From the IMG/VR virus record IMGVR_UViG_3300027278_000006, positions 108,516-128,515 of that record: a stretch of DNA of 20,000 nucleotides; one strand, written 5' to 3'. Under the pieces are notes generated by a model. That model did not search any database and had not been told where the DNA came from. It worked only from the letters and a program-made list of their open reading frames with translations. This DNA is from an uncultured virus (IMG/VR IMGVR_UViG_3300027278_000006) (taxonomy: Duplodnaviria; Heunggongvirae; Uroviricota; Caudoviricetes). Below are positions 1 through 10,790 of the stretch, piece by piece. Positions within the stretch are counted from its first letter, which is position 1; the number at the start of each line of letters is the position of its first letter. Both the position numbers and the translations under genes were made by a program.

Positions 1-3000
1 TCTGAGATATAAGTATCATCGATGATAGTACTAAAATTGACGACAGTGCCAACACCAATTATGCTTGATGATGTAGATGCAGTGCCGATTTGAACAAATG
101 TAGATCCAATGGCAACAATTGGTCTGTTAGTAATTGCGGCGCCAACCACACTTACAGAACTTACACCAACTATAAGTCCAGTTGTATCAGCAACAAAAAT
201 TACAGTTGATCCAATTCCAACAGTTGAATTAATTGTTGTAGATAATAAGTTTACATATTCTTTATGATTCAAATAAACTTCAGCAAAGTTCATTTGAGTT
301 GTTGCTGAACCAACAATCTGGACATTTAAATACAATGAAGAAAACTTATTAGATTCTACGGATACAAGTGAAGTTTGTATTCCAGATGCCGCAGTTCTAT
401 TTGAACCGGTTAAATTGATGAATCCTACAGAAGTTGTCCCAATTCCTACTAAAGGAGAATTAAAATTACTATTAATTAGTTTAACATCATAATCAATATC
501 GAATGGATTATTTGGAATAAATCTTAAGTAAGTATTATCATCCACATCGTCTTCAATTAATATAAATTTTCCTATTGGTTCTCCGGAGATATGTGTAAGT
601 CCTACTCCAGTATTGACTAGAGTTGATTTTTCTGCCAAAAATGGATTACTTCCATTATTCAATAAAACTAATTCCGTTAATTGAATTTCTGTATTATCAA
701 GACTGGAAACCCGGACTAGTATATTGTTATAAGATACTCCAGAATTTAATTGTAGTAAATTGAGAAATTCACTTGGATTTCCATCGGAGTCGGAAAATTG
801 TCGATTTATGTCATCTATTTTTAAAACTACATTACTTCTACACTCAATGTAATCAGTTAATTTTTTATTTTTTAATTTTAAGAACTTTGAAGAAGTCCCA
901 ACTACATCAATATCTTTTACTAAATCAAAATCATAAATTGTATCTACTCGGTTTTCTTCTATTATGTCATAAATTATAGATGTAGCATTCTCAGAATTTA
1001 TAGCACCAAAGTTTGTAGTTGATGTGATTCCAGTATCTGCAAAATTCTTCAATCCACTAGTATGGACTAAACTATTAACTGGTGTTCTTAATTCTTGATA
1101 TGTAATTGGACTCTTTACCGTGTAGGAAAGATTCTGATAATAATCATTATTCGGAATAACTTGATTATCTTGATCTAATTTACCAATATCATTAGACCAT
1201 CCAATGTTTTTTTCAACTGAATAGTCAATCTTAAATCTACCGATACCAGATTCAATTTTATCTATTGTTGCTATATTTCCAGATTCTTTTCCTATAATAA
1301 TTTCTCCAACAGACAACTCATAGGTTCCGGATACTTTAATAAATGAATTTTCATATGAAGAAATTTCTAAGTCTCTCTCAGTATCATTTGAAATAAGTTT
1401 TTCTCCAACAATAAATTGAGATGGAATTTGAGTAACAGTAAATGATGGATAGTCGGTTCTTTTTATGATATTTCCAACAGAATCCTGAATTGTTTTTGCT
1501 ATACCAGTATTTGTAGTTAATCCAGAAATATTGATTGTTACTGAATCGAGAACTCCAGCAGTATTAATACTCTGAATCTTGAAGAATTTGTATCCATAGT
1601 CTTCAGAATTAAATCCAGTCCCTTCGGTACTAAATTTTTGAATTCCTTCCACAAATACTTGATCATTAGCACTAAAAGGATATGGTACAAAGGTAGAAAA
1701 TCCTAAAGTTGGTGTTGTTATGAAGCAAGTAAATATTCCACTTGAAGAAGATTGAACTTGTTGAATACTAATTCCATTAGTGTTATTGGTGGTGAATAAT
1801 TGTACCGTTGTTTCTGGAAGACCATTTGGTTGCTGTATAATACTTATAGAATCAATAGAATTTCCTGATAGTTTTGCTTCCAATATTCCACTATCAATTT
1901 TTTCTCCAGTGCTAGAATTCACAATTATTACAGATGGGGAATCAGTATATCCATTTCCGCCATTATTAACTGTAACAATACCAATTGTATTTGAGTCTTT
2001 AATTGTGATTAGAGGAGATATGAATGCAACTGGTTGTAAAGTTTTATCTGAAGAATATTGAAATCCTTCATTGACAATTCTTACTTCTTTTGCATTGCCT
2101 ATAGATGTCGATTTTGGAGTAATGTAAGCATCCTTTCCGTTCGCAGAATTAGATCCTACAAATGTTGGAAGTTTTTTATATCCAGAACCACCAGAAATAA
2201 TATCAATTCTATCAATAGGACCTTTTGCCGATAATGAAGTAGTAGTATATTGTAATTTATCACACTCATTTTGAATATATGTTAATTTTTCTGGTTTTTT
2301 AGATAAAGAAACATTAAATGTAGTTGCTCCTACACCAGAAATTATATAATTAGAACGATATACGCTATTCGCAAATAATATTTCGGAATAATTATTTACT
2401 TCTGTATCTGAAGTGCTAATGTACCCAGATTTTTCTAAATTGTAATATAACTTTGTTGGTAAACTTTCACTATAATTAATTGCCAGAGAGGCATTAGTGG
2501 AAACTCCTATAGTTCCAATGTCAGATAGTGTAAACAAATTAGAAGATGGAGTTGAAATAAATTCATTATTATAATCTTGATCGTAGTAAAGTTTAAATTT
2601 ATATCCCGCTAAAGAATTATCTGATAAATTAAATATAAGGTTATTATTTTTAATTGATTCAATTTGGGGATTTATTAATGAAATACTTTGACTTGAACCA
2701 CCAGTTCCGGCAATACTTACTGTTGTTGGGGGAATGGTTTTAGAGTCTAGATATGTTTCAGAAAGTTTTATTGTGTTATCATTAACTCGGTAAACATAAT
2801 AAAATCCAGTTGATAATCCAGATGCAACTAAATTAGATGAATATAGAATTTTATCTCCAGTTTTTAAGTTATGCGAATTAATTGAAATGCTATTTGTTGA
2901 TGTGTTAATTCCGGTTGAAGTAAATCCAATTGGATTGATTAAAATGTTTCCAGTTATTAAATCTCTTTTTACTCTAATGCCAGTAGAAGTTCCAATACCA

Positions 3001-6000
3001 ACAGAAAGATTTGGTTCTATACTTAAACTAATAACATCTCCGCTAGAAAGTTCGTGAGAAGTTGATACTGAAACTGTAGATTTAACTCTTTCAACCTTTC
3101 CAACTATTTGTGGGTATGTACTTTCAAATGAATACTTATCATTATCACTACCGTTAGTAATGAAGAATACTTCGGAAGAATTGAGAGTAGTTTTTATTCC
3201 AATTGTATTTTTATTTTTATTAGTTACATATACATTTTGAGGTAAATCAAATGTACCTGTACTTAGTGAAGTTGAAATTGATATTACACCATTACCATTG
3301 CTCGCAAATATTACCTGCTGATTATTTTTAAATGGGTGATTTTCAATATAAATTCCTTGAGTTGGAACAGTTCTGGTAATATTAGAATCTCCAAATTGAA
3401 ATGTTATTTTATTTGTAATTCCAGGTGTAGTACCAATTCCTACTGATTGTTTTGGATTGAAAAATACTTTGTCATTTACATTAGATTCAAAATAATCTAT
3501 TTTTTGTGAAATAATGAATGAATCTGGAATAAAGTTTATTTGAGTAGTTGCAGTGTGAGATACTCCGGTAGATCCTCTTTCTACTTTAAGTATATTAAGG
3601 TTTTTATATACTTCCAATACTGATAGTCTTTCACTACCTATTGCGATGCTACTTCCTATAGATACGGTTTCTGGAAGTTGTGTAATATAAATTTCAGTTG
3701 TCAATCCTGATGTTGATGTTGATGGAATGTCCTTAAGAACATTTGAATAATACGAAGATACTCCAATCTTATATGAATTATTTAACTTTGATAAGTTGGT
3801 TGAAAATCCTGAAACCATAACAAAATCATTATTGGACAAATTGTGATATGGTTTAATTGTAACTTTTACTTCCCCTCCAGCATTATATGTAAAAATAGAA
3901 TTTTCATAAGTTTCTATAGAAGTATCTATTTTTGTAATATCTTTTCCTTCTATTGAAGATACTCTTGCAATCAATCCACCTCCAGAAGTGCCACTATCGT
4001 TGAAATTTAAAATATCATTAACTTTATAATCAGATCCAGAATTAATAATATCAAAAGAACTTACAAATCCTTCAGATACCGACTCAACAATCGACTCTTG
4101 TGATGTAATTTCATTAGTCTCTACTATAAAATCATTTTTTGCATAATTATCGGATACTTTATACGGTAAGGTATTTCTAAGTAAATTTGAGTTGTTAAAA
4201 TCAAATGTTTGGTTTAAAGTATAGTTTTCATTTATGGTATTAGATCTATATTTGTTTCCTATAAAATATGGGAATTGTGAAGTGAAAGAGGTTGGGTTAA
4301 TAGTTGCAAAATATGCATAAACTCCATTTGGAAATTCTGGTGTTTTTCCAAATCTTCCATTATTTTCATCCAAATCTCCAGAATTTGTGTATTTGTAATC
4401 TTCAACAAAGAACCCTAACGGCAATTCTGGTCTATCAATAATGTTAGAAGAACTTAATGTATATCCAGAAGTTAAAATTTTAGGAGTAGAATTGGTATCC
4501 TCCGGATTAGAATATCCATATGCTCCATATATTGGATTTCCATCATATGCCCACCCAATTATATTAGAAACCTGAGATCCACTATCACCAAATGAAGTTC
4601 TTAAGTTTTCAAAATATCCACAAACAGAATACTGCAATTGATTTTCAGTTTCTATTAAAATTTCATCACCAAACTTTAAGTTATTATTAACTGTTAAATC
4701 TCTAATATTGGCACTTAAAATTGCATTAGAACCTGAAGGATTTACTTTAATTATTGTTGAGGTGCTTGAGTATCCAATTCCCGGATTTACTATCTTAATA
4801 TCTGTTATTTTTTGGTTAGTAATGACTGGTCTTAAATCTGCTCCGGATCCGGCACCGGTTAAATCTGTTACAACCAAATCAGGAGTTGAATAATAATCAA
4901 CCCCACCATATTGAATATTTACGGAATTAATTTGACCATTTACAATAATTGGTTTTAATTTTGCCTCCTTTCCGGTTTTTATCGTTATTAATGGTCTTCT
5001 CTCAAGATTTACAATTGTCGATCCATATCCAGTTCCACTTTCATATAGATAAGCATCTATAATATTACCTTTAACAATAGGAGTTGCTACAAGAGATTGA
5101 ATCTGTTGACTTGTGGTTCCAAATCCAACAGGAGTATATTGTATAGAAACAGAAATATTAGGATAACTAAAATATTGATATCCCGATCCAGTAGAAGAAA
5201 ATTTAATATAATTTTTTCTATTATAATTTGATATGTCAGTTCCACCAATTCCAGCATCACAAAGTCTAAAAGAATCATCATTATTTTTCAATACATGATA
5301 TTGAGATAATGTAGAAATTCCAATTGTAGATGTTTCATATTGATAAGTTACAAGTTCTCCACTCTTAAATCCATGATTTTCGAAACTAATCGTGTAGTTT
5401 ATTGTGGATATTCCTGTTGAAGAAACAATTAACTCTCTATTTGTATATCCATTCCCACCATTTAATATTTTAATCTCTGATATGGTATTTTTAAATGATG
5501 CAGTAGAAAACTTATGTATTCCTCCGGCACTAATTCCATTAAATTTGATAGTATTAATTCCCGACTGATAATCAGAATTGGACTGATAAAGTCTGATAGT
5601 TCTGTTATTATCAACTTTAGAATAATATGTGGCATTATTTACTAAAGTTAAATTTGTAGTACCAATACCAATTGAAGAATTTCCATTAGAATTGTAAACT
5701 ACTAATTCCCCATTGCTTAAATTGTGATTCGTTAAAAATGACAATTGATTTGTCGTTGAACTAATTCCCCCAGAATTTGTGGTCAATCTTCCATCGAAGA
5801 AAATATCTCTTCTTCTCTTCGTAAGAATGGGTTCTAATACGCAACCAGACCCATTACCACCAGTTACACCAATAGATACAATTGTATTGATATCATAGTC
5901 TTGAGAATCGATGTAAACTTTTTTAATTGACCCACCAACTACTGGTCTAACTAATGCTGTAGATCCAATTCCAGAAGAAACGGATATTGATGGGGGATTA

Positions 6001-8240
6001 ATAACATCATAGTCTATTCCACCATTTAATACACTAATAGATTTTAAAGGACCATAGTATACTTTATCATTGGATTTATAACTATTAACTTCAACACCAT
6101 TAATTAACATTCCGACTGAACCTGGAATTGTTAATTCTCCAGTTCCAGTATCGATACTTTCAGATAATGGAAATTTTTTGAGTAATTTTTGAGCACCAAT
6201 TATACCAGATTTCTGAGAATATAATGTAAATCTATGAGTTTGATTGGCAAAATTTGAATTTGAAAATGTTAAGAAATTATCAGTTCCAACAAATGATAAT
6301 GATGAATATAATCTTATTTTATTAGATGGATCTAGAACTTGTACATAATAATCTCCAGTATCTAATCCAACAATAGGTGTTCCTGATGGTTGATAGTAAA
6401 TTCTATCGCCAGTGATAAATGGAACTGGATTTTGAAATACTATACTTGTGTAGTTGTTATCTATTACATCAGCAGTTCCTATTCCAACTGATGTTTTAAT
6501 ATCTTTTGTTATTTTATATGTAAAATTTCCATCATATCCATCTCTACCCGATGGTAATGAGTTAGAAGCTACATAGGCATACTCATCATCAGTATATAAA
6601 TTTTGAATATCTGATAAAATAACATTATTTCCAAATTCTATTGGAACTACTGTACTGTTTGCGGTATTAATTTTTCTTCTTAAATCATACTTCACTCCAT
6701 TTTCTGCCGTGAAGTTTAAATTATATATAATAACTCTATTTTGTGAAGATATAATATCCGAAATATATGCACCAGAAGATGAAACTACAACATTACTATT
6801 TTTTTCTAAAATTTCTACTTCATCTCCAATTTTTAAACTAGACCTGTCAATTGGACTTTTTAAAGTAAAATTACTGATATTTTCTATTTCATATCTAGAT
6901 CCAGTATTGTATATCCACGAATTTGCAAATATTTCTTTATATGTCTTATTCTGCTGCGGATTTTGAATCAAATCCCCAATATTTTTAACTGATATTTTTT
7001 GCCCTTCATCCAAATTTAAAGTATCTGATACTTGAACAAATTTAGATAATACTCCCGTAAGTCTTAACTCAACTTTTTTATCCAAATCTCCATTTTCATA
7101 TCCAAAATAAATTTCATCAGATCTTATATCGGCAGATGATAAAATTGAAGATGTAATTCCAGTACATCCAAAAAACTGATTAATACTCTTACTTGTATAA
7201 GTGATAGTATTAATTCCAGATATGATGGTTCCAATTCCAGCAAATCCTATTGTAGAGTCTACTGAAATTACTGACGACCCGATGGCAACATTTTTTAGAC
7301 TTTTTGTATTTGGAGTAATTGTAAAATTTCCAAGAACAGCGGAAAAATTTTCATATCCAACAAAAAGTGAAATCTTAAAATATTGTATATTATTTCTGGT
7401 AAATAGTTCTACTTCAGAAATTGAGGCACTAGTGCTCTCATCATTAAATTTCTGAATTGTTTGACCTACCAATTTAGAAGGATCTCCAGAAATTCTTTCT
7501 GCAATTACAATTTCTCTTCTTATAAATTCTGCCGAAGATGGTTTAATTAAAAACTCCTCTAAATTTACTACCAGAGGAGTTACTCCATATAAAATATTAA
7601 ATAAAATTCTAAATGATTCGTCAGTCCCCTTTGCCTGATAAAATGATCTTGCTTCCTTTATAAAATTACCAACATTTAAATTTGATACAAAATCAACTTC
7701 TTCCAGACCTGGAGTAAAAGTGTATTTTATTTTTTTATAAAACTCTTTTAAGAATAAAGAACTTAGATTTTGTACGGATGATCCAGCACTATGAAATGTA
7801 GATATCGATTCTGAAAATACTAATTCTTCTTGATTTGAATTTGAATGATAATTAGTAATGCCACTAAACCCACGAACACATCCTGTAAATGTATTTGTGG
7901 TTATTCCGGTATATGTAATAATTTCATCATCAATCTTCAATAAACCATAAGTTTGAGGAAAACCTTTAGTACTACTTACTGTAATAATATTTGATGTTGT
8001 TGTGATTCCTATTGTAAGTATCGTACTATCAACTACAACTTCTGGAGTTAGATTATCTAATTTCAAATATTGATCTAAATTTTCTGCAATATCAACTACA
8101 CCACCTTGATATTCTTGAGAAATATAATATTGCTTTAAAAATTCTGCCGTATTTGGACTTTCATCCAAAATAAAGTTTGGAAGTTGATTTTCAATAACTT
8201 GCTGAACCTTAACTCTAGATTCGAACCCAGTCTGTATCAT
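1..8240 (-). CDS. gp7: Giant baseplate wedge initiator / structural protein (cyanophage gp7-type), >2746 aa, 3' end beyond the window
   Basis: ATG at 8240, 1 nt after the gp6 stop. Starts MIQTGFESRVKVQQVIENQLPNFILDESPNTAEFLKQYYISQEYQGG and contains FYQAKGTDESFRILFNILYG. The same frame still reads as protein at the window edge (IGVGTVVNFSTIIDDTYIS). Absent from the ORF track, consistent with no stop codon in the window. Position follows the gp25-gp6-gp7 order of T4-like cyanophages. Confidence 0.85.
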   Translation of the reverse strand, partial: MIQTGFESRVKVQQVIENQLPNFILDESPNTAEFLKQYYISQEYQGGVVDIAENLDQYLKLDNLTPEVVVDSTILTIGITTTSNIITVSSTKGFPQTYGLLKIDDEIITYTGITTNTFTGCVRGFSGITNYHSNSNQEELVFSESISTFHSAGSSVQNLSSLFLKEFYKKIKYTFTPGLEEVDFVSNLNVGNFIKEARSFYQAKGTDESFRILFNILYGVTPLVVNLEEFLIKPSSAEFIRREIVIAERISGDPSKLVGQTIQKFNDESTSASISEVELFTRNNIQYFKISLFVGYENFSAVLGNFTITPNTKSLKNVAIGSSVISVDSTIGFAGIGTIISGINTITYTSKSINQFFGCTGITSSILSSADIRSDEIYFGYENGDLDKKVELRLTGVLSKFVQVSDTLNLDEGQKISVKNIGDLIQNPQQNKTYKEIFANSWIYNTGSRYEIENISNFTLKSPIDRSSLKIGDEVEILEKNSNVVVSSSGAYISDIISSQNRVIIYNLNFTAENGVKYDLRRKINTANSTVVPIEFGNNVILSDIQNLYTDDEYAYVASNSLPSGRDGYDGNFTYKITKDIKTSVGIGTADVIDNNYTSIVFQNPVPFITGDRIYYQPSGTPIVGLDTGDYYVQVLDPSNKIRLYSSLSFVGTDNFLTFSNSNFANQTHRFTLYSQKSGIIGAQKLLKKFPLSESIDTGTGELTIPGSVGMLINGVEVNSYKSNDKVYYGPLKSISVLNGGIDYDVINPPSISVSSGIGSTALVRPVVGGSIKKVYIDSQDYDINTIVSIGVTGGNGSGCVLEPILTKRRRDIFFDGRLTTNSGGISSTTNQLSFLTNHNLSNGELVVYNSNGNSSIGIGTTNLTLVNNATYYSKVDNNRTIRLYQSNSDYQSGINTIKFNGISAGGIHKFSTASFKNTISEIKILNGGNGYTNRELIVSSTGISTINYTISFENHGFKSGELVTYQYETSTIGISTLSQYHVLKNNDDSFRLCDAGIGGTDISNYNRKNYIKFSSTGSGYQYFSYPNISVSIQYTPVGFGTTSQQIQSLVATPIVKGNIIDAYLYESGTGYGSTIVNLERRPLITIKTGKEAKLKPIIVNGQINSVNIQYGGVDYYSTPDLVVTDLTGAGSGADLRPVITNQKITDIKIVNPGIGYSSTSTIIKVNPSGSNAILSANIRDLTVNNNLKFGDEILIETENQLQYSVCGYFENLRTSFGDSGSQVSNIIGWAYDGNPIYGAYGYSNPEDTNSTPKILTSGYTLSSSNIIDRPELPLGFFVEDYKYTNSGDLDENNGRFGKTPEFPNGVYAYFATINPTSFTSQFPYFIGNKYRSNTINENYTLNQTFDFNNSNLLRNTLPYKVSDNYAKNDFIVETNEITSQESIVESVSEGFVSSFDIINSGSDYKVNDILNFNDSGTSGGGLIARVSSIEGKDITKIDTSIETYENSIFTYNAGGEVKVTIKPYHNLSNNDFVMVSGFSTNLSKLNNSYKIGVSSYYSNVLKDIPSTSTSGLTTEIYITQLPETVSIGSSIAIGSERLSVLEVYKNLNILKVERGSTGVSHTATTQINFIPDSFIISQKIDYFESNVNDKVFFNPKQSVGIGTTPGITNKITFQFGDSNITRTVPTQGIYIENHPFKNNQQVIFASNGNGVISISTSLSTGTFDLPQNVYVTNKNKNTIGIKTTLNSSEVFFITNGSDNDKYSFESTYPQIVGKVERVKSTVSVSTSHELSSGDVISLSIEPNLSVGIGTSTGIRVKRDLITGNILINPIGFTSTGINTSTNSISINSHNLKTGDKILYSSNLVASGLSTGFYYVYRVNDNTIKLSETYLDSKTIPPTTVSIAGTGGSSQSISLINPQIESIKNNNLIFNLSDNSLAGYKFKLYYDQDYNNEFISTPSSNLFTLSDIGTIGVSTNASLAINYSESLPTKLYYNLEKSGYISTSDTEVNNYSEILFANSVYRSNYIISGVGATTFNVSLSKKPEKLTYIQNECDKLQYTTTSLSAKGPIDRIDIISGGSGYKKLPTFVGSNSANGKDAYITPKSTSIGNAKEVRIVNEGFQYSSDKTLQPVAFISPLITIKDSNTIGIVTVNNGGNGYTDSPSVIIVNSSTGEKIDSGILEAKLSGNSIDSISIIQQPNGLPETTVQLFTTNNTNGISIQQVQSSSSGIFTCFITTPTLGFSTFVPYPFSANDQVFVEGIQKFSTEGTGFNSEDYGYKFFKIQSINTAGVLDSVTINISGLTTNTGIAKTIQDSVGNIIKRTDYPSFTVTQIPSQFIVGEKLISNDTERDLEISSYENSFIKVSGTYELSVGEIIIGKESGNIATIDKIESGIGRFKIDYSVEKNIGWSNDIGKLDQDNQVIPNNDYYQNLSYTVKSPITYQELRTPVNSLVHTSGLKNFADTGITSTTNFGAINSENATSIIYDIIEENRVDTIYDFDLVKDIDVVGTSSKFLKLKNKKLTDYIECRSNVVLKIDDINRQFSDSDGNPSEFLNLLQLNSGVSYNNILVRVSSLDNTEIQLTELVLLNNGSNPFLAEKSTLVNTGVGLTHISGEPIGKFILIEDDVDDNTYLRFIPNNPFDIDYDVKLINSNFNSPLVGIGTTSVGFINLTGSNRTAASGIQTSLVSVESNKFSSLYLNVQIVGSATTQMNFAEVYLNHKEYVNLLSTTINSTVGIGSTVIFVADTTGLIVGVSSVSVVGAAITNRPIVAIGSTFVQIGTASTSSSIIGVGTVVNFSTIIDDTYIS

Positions 8241-8241
8241 A

Positions 8242-10116
8242 TTATGCTCTTATTAAATTCCCGTTTGAATAACTTGATGTATAATAGTCTCTGGCAAATA
8301 ATGTACCTGATATTTCATCACCGGAGGCAACTACATCTCTTACCATATTTATTGTGCTTTTTGAAATACTAAAATTTAAATATAAATCTTTTAGTCCAAG
8401 AACATCATTAGATTCTGGGAATGCCTGTATTTCGATAATATCATTTTCTTTAGATGTTGAAATAATGTTTATGGTTCCCAATTTAATTTCACCTTTCACA
8501 TAATCAACTGTTCCGGAAGATTTTGCAACTATTCTTGTAGTTCCATCGCTTAAAGGTTTTACTATTGATAGTATTCCAGTTTTTCCATCGCTATTAGGTA
8601 CATCTGTTAGATATACGGTATCCGAATCTGCAGAAATTTTAAATCCAGTGCTTTTAATATTAAAACCGCCACTATTGATATGAAATTTATTTCCAAAGCA
8701 TAGTTCATATTGTGCAAACTGGTTTATCTGCGCTTTCAAATCTCTTCTAATTCTAACCTTAGTGATATTAGAAGTTATAGCAATATCAGTATTGTCAATT
8801 ATTTGAAGAACCTTACTATATTTAAATCTTCCACCAAATGAATTGAGATCCACAGAATCGGAATATTCTGTCAATGAATTTATAATTTTTGTTTTCAATG
8901 ATTCTACTGCCGATACTTGAGCATAGTTGTAATAAATTGATGAATCAATTTCTACATATAATATCTTAAGATCAATTATTTTTTGATTAATTCCAGAAAT
9001 ACTATATTGCTTTAATTTATTTTTAATTTGTTCTTTATTAAAATCGGAAACAAAAGTTCCATTTTTTGGTTTAATACTTATTGATACTGTACCAAATTCT
9101 GGTGGATCTAATTCTTCACCTCCAATAACAGCAACTGATTCGGTATCTGGATATATTTTTTTTATAATTGCCTCATAATCTCTTGATGTTACTGCCCTAT
9201 ATTGAGAGGAATAAATTCTTGGGGCAAAATATTTGACAGAATCTATGGATTCTATTTCAGAACCATTTTGAGATGACTGATTCGTTATAACAGAGACCGA
9301 ACCTGTTTCACTATTTGGACTAGTGCTCCCGGCAAAAGAAAATGAAGAAGCACCATTACCATCTTCACCATCGGTAACAATATAATTTACTGTAATTACT
9401 GAATTGTTTTCTAATTTTTTTCCAATCAGTCCATCACCGAAAAGTAATTCATATTTTTCATCTTGAACTTCTTGTAGGAGATATATTCTTGAGGATGAAT
9501 CTACATTAAGAATATTATCAACAGAAGAATATTCTACTCCAAGACCACTATCATTAATTCCCTTCACATAGACTGAGATGGTGGAAGTATCAATAAATGA
9601 GTTGTTTAAAATAAATCTTTGATCCAGAGATCCATCTACTGTAAATTGTTTAGTTAAAAATGTTCCTTGATAGATATTAATATTATTAAAAGATGCTGCT
9701 CCGTCTACAACATTTGATGATATGTTGTCTGGGATTGAAAATGTGTATGAAGTATTATCTACAGAACCTATACAGACTAGACCTTTCTGTAAGGTAAGTG
9801 TGGGAGTTGCGGTTGTGGGGATATTAAATGATATTTGTGCCTTTGCTGCCGTCCTGGAGCGAGGTACGTAACCGATATTTCTTGCTAGTGAAACAACATT
9901 TTCACGAACAGTTGCAGAATCCAGAAAGGATTCGTTCACAACCATATTCGAGTTGAATGAGGTAATATAGGTATTATATGCTAGCGTGTCTATTAGTACA
10001 GAAAAATTAGATCCCTCAAAGTCAAAATCCGTGAATGTGGAGTTGGCACGGAGATAATCTTTAATGGATGTCTTTATCTGATCGAAATCTAGATTTGTAA
10101 ATTTAGTAAAAGGCAT
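8242..10116 (-). CDS. gp6: Baseplate wedge subunit gp6
   Basis: 624 aa. N-terminus LDFDQIKTSIKDYL...DFDFEGSNFSVLIDTLAYNT...ESFLDSA..RENVVSLARNIGY and internal QYRAVTSRDYE are typical of T4 gp6. Follows gp25. Confidence 0.95.
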   Translation of the reverse strand: MPFTKFTNLDFDQIKTSIKDYLRANSTFTDFDFEGSNFSVLIDTLAYNTYITSFNSNMVVNESFLDSATVRENVVSLARNIGYVPRSRTAAKAQISFNIPTTATPTLTLQKGLVCIGSVDNTSYTFSIPDNISSNVVDGAASFNNINIYQGTFLTKQFTVDGSLDQRFILNNSFIDTSTISVYVKGINDSGLGVEYSSVDNILNVDSSSRIYLLQEVQDEKYELLFGDGLIGKKLENNSVITVNYIVTDGEDGNGASSFSFAGSTSPNSETGSVSVITNQSSQNGSEIESIDSVKYFAPRIYSSQYRAVTSRDYEAIIKKIYPDTESVAVIGGEELDPPEFGTVSISIKPKNGTFVSDFNKEQIKNKLKQYSISGINQKIIDLKILYVEIDSSIYYNYAQVSAVESLKTKIINSLTEYSDSVDLNSFGGRFKYSKVLQIIDNTDIAITSNITKVRIRRDLKAQINQFAQYELCFGNKFHINSGGFNIKSTGFKISADSDTVYLTDVPNSDGKTGILSIVKPLSDGTTRIVAKSSGTVDYVKGEIKLGTINIISTSKENDIIEIQAFPESNDVLGLKDLYLNFSISKSTINMVRDVVASGDEISGTLFARDYYTSSYSNGNLIRA

Positions 10117-10117
10117 T

Positions 10118-10519
10118 TTATCTTGTTGCCTCTAGTATGAATGAATATTCTTGAGTTGGAAATTCTTGCCCTATAATATCAAAAATAATTGTTACATTAA
10201 AGGTATTATCATCTGGAATAGGATCTACCTGAACTTCTACATTATTAACTCTTGGTTCAAAGTTATTAATGGATATTTCAATTTGACTTTGTATTACTGA
10301 TGCAGTACCAAAATCAACAAATTCAAATAAACTTTTTGTAATATCAGATCCTAAGAGTGAATTGAAGAATCTTTCCGTTGGAATAGTTTCTACAATATTT
10401 CTTACTGATCTACGAATTGCATTTTCATTCTTTAGTATCGGCAGATCCTTTGTCACTGGATGTGGTTCAAAGGATAAACTGATATCTTTGAATGATCTGG
10501 ATATCCTTTGAATTGCCAT
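10118..10519 (-). CDS. gp25: Baseplate wedge subunit gp25
   Basis: 133 aa. FKDISLSF..HPVTKD, AIRRSVRNIV.T...ER.F....GS and I.NFEPRV motifs of the gp25/GPW family. Directly upstream of gp6. Confidence 0.93.
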   Translation of the reverse strand: MAIQRISRSFKDISLSFEPHPVTKDLPILKNENAIRRSVRNIVETIPTERFFNSLLGSDITKSLFEFVDFGTASVIQSQIEISINNFEPRVNNVEVQVDPIPDDNTFNVTIIFDIIGQEFPTQEYSFILEATR

Positions 10520-10538
10520 CGAACGAAAGTTTTTTATT

Positions 10539-10546
10539 TATTTATA
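10539..10546 (-). promoter_or_regulatory. T4-type late promoter TATAAATA
   Basis: Exact TATAAATA on the minus strand about 20 nt upstream of the gp25 ATG. Confidence 0.85.
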
Positions 10547-10547
10547 C

Positions 10548-10724
10548 CTACTTCCAGGAAGAACCATAGTTTGGTTCTGTTCCATAAGACCAATCATCAT
10601 AGTCTTCATCATTACGAATTTTTTCGTGCAGTTCAACTTGTTTTTTTAGGTTATGCTTCGGTGCAACATCATAGACCACTTCTTGAATGAGTCTTTTTTG
10701 ATTTTCTTCTGATTCGAATAGCAT
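10548..10724 (-). CDS. Small hypothetical protein, 58 aa (MLFESEENQKRLIQEVV...DEDYDDWSYGTEPNYGSSWK)
   Basis: Translated by hand. AGGAG Shine-Dalgarno 7 nt before ATG. Fills the gap between speD and gp25. Confidence 0.75.
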   Translation of the reverse strand: MLFESEENQKRLIQEVVYDVAPKHNLKKQVELHEKIRNDEDYDDWSYGTEPNYGSSWK

Positions 10725-10764
10725 TTTGAAACTCCTGTTTTAATTTAAAACAGAACTTTTATAA

Positions 10765-10782
10765 AGGAGGTTTCTATCTCCT
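10765..10782. terminator. Short hairpin after speD, possible terminator
   Basis: AGGAGGT-TTCT-ATCTCCT inverted repeat 8 nt past the speD stop. U-tract is weak. Confidence 0.35.
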
Positions 10783-10790
10783 ATTACTAT

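Noticed and set aside
773..8372. Short track ORFs within 773-8372 (plus strand, and 5087-5281 minus)
   Set aside because: Shadow frames of the giant minus-strand structural gene and gp6.
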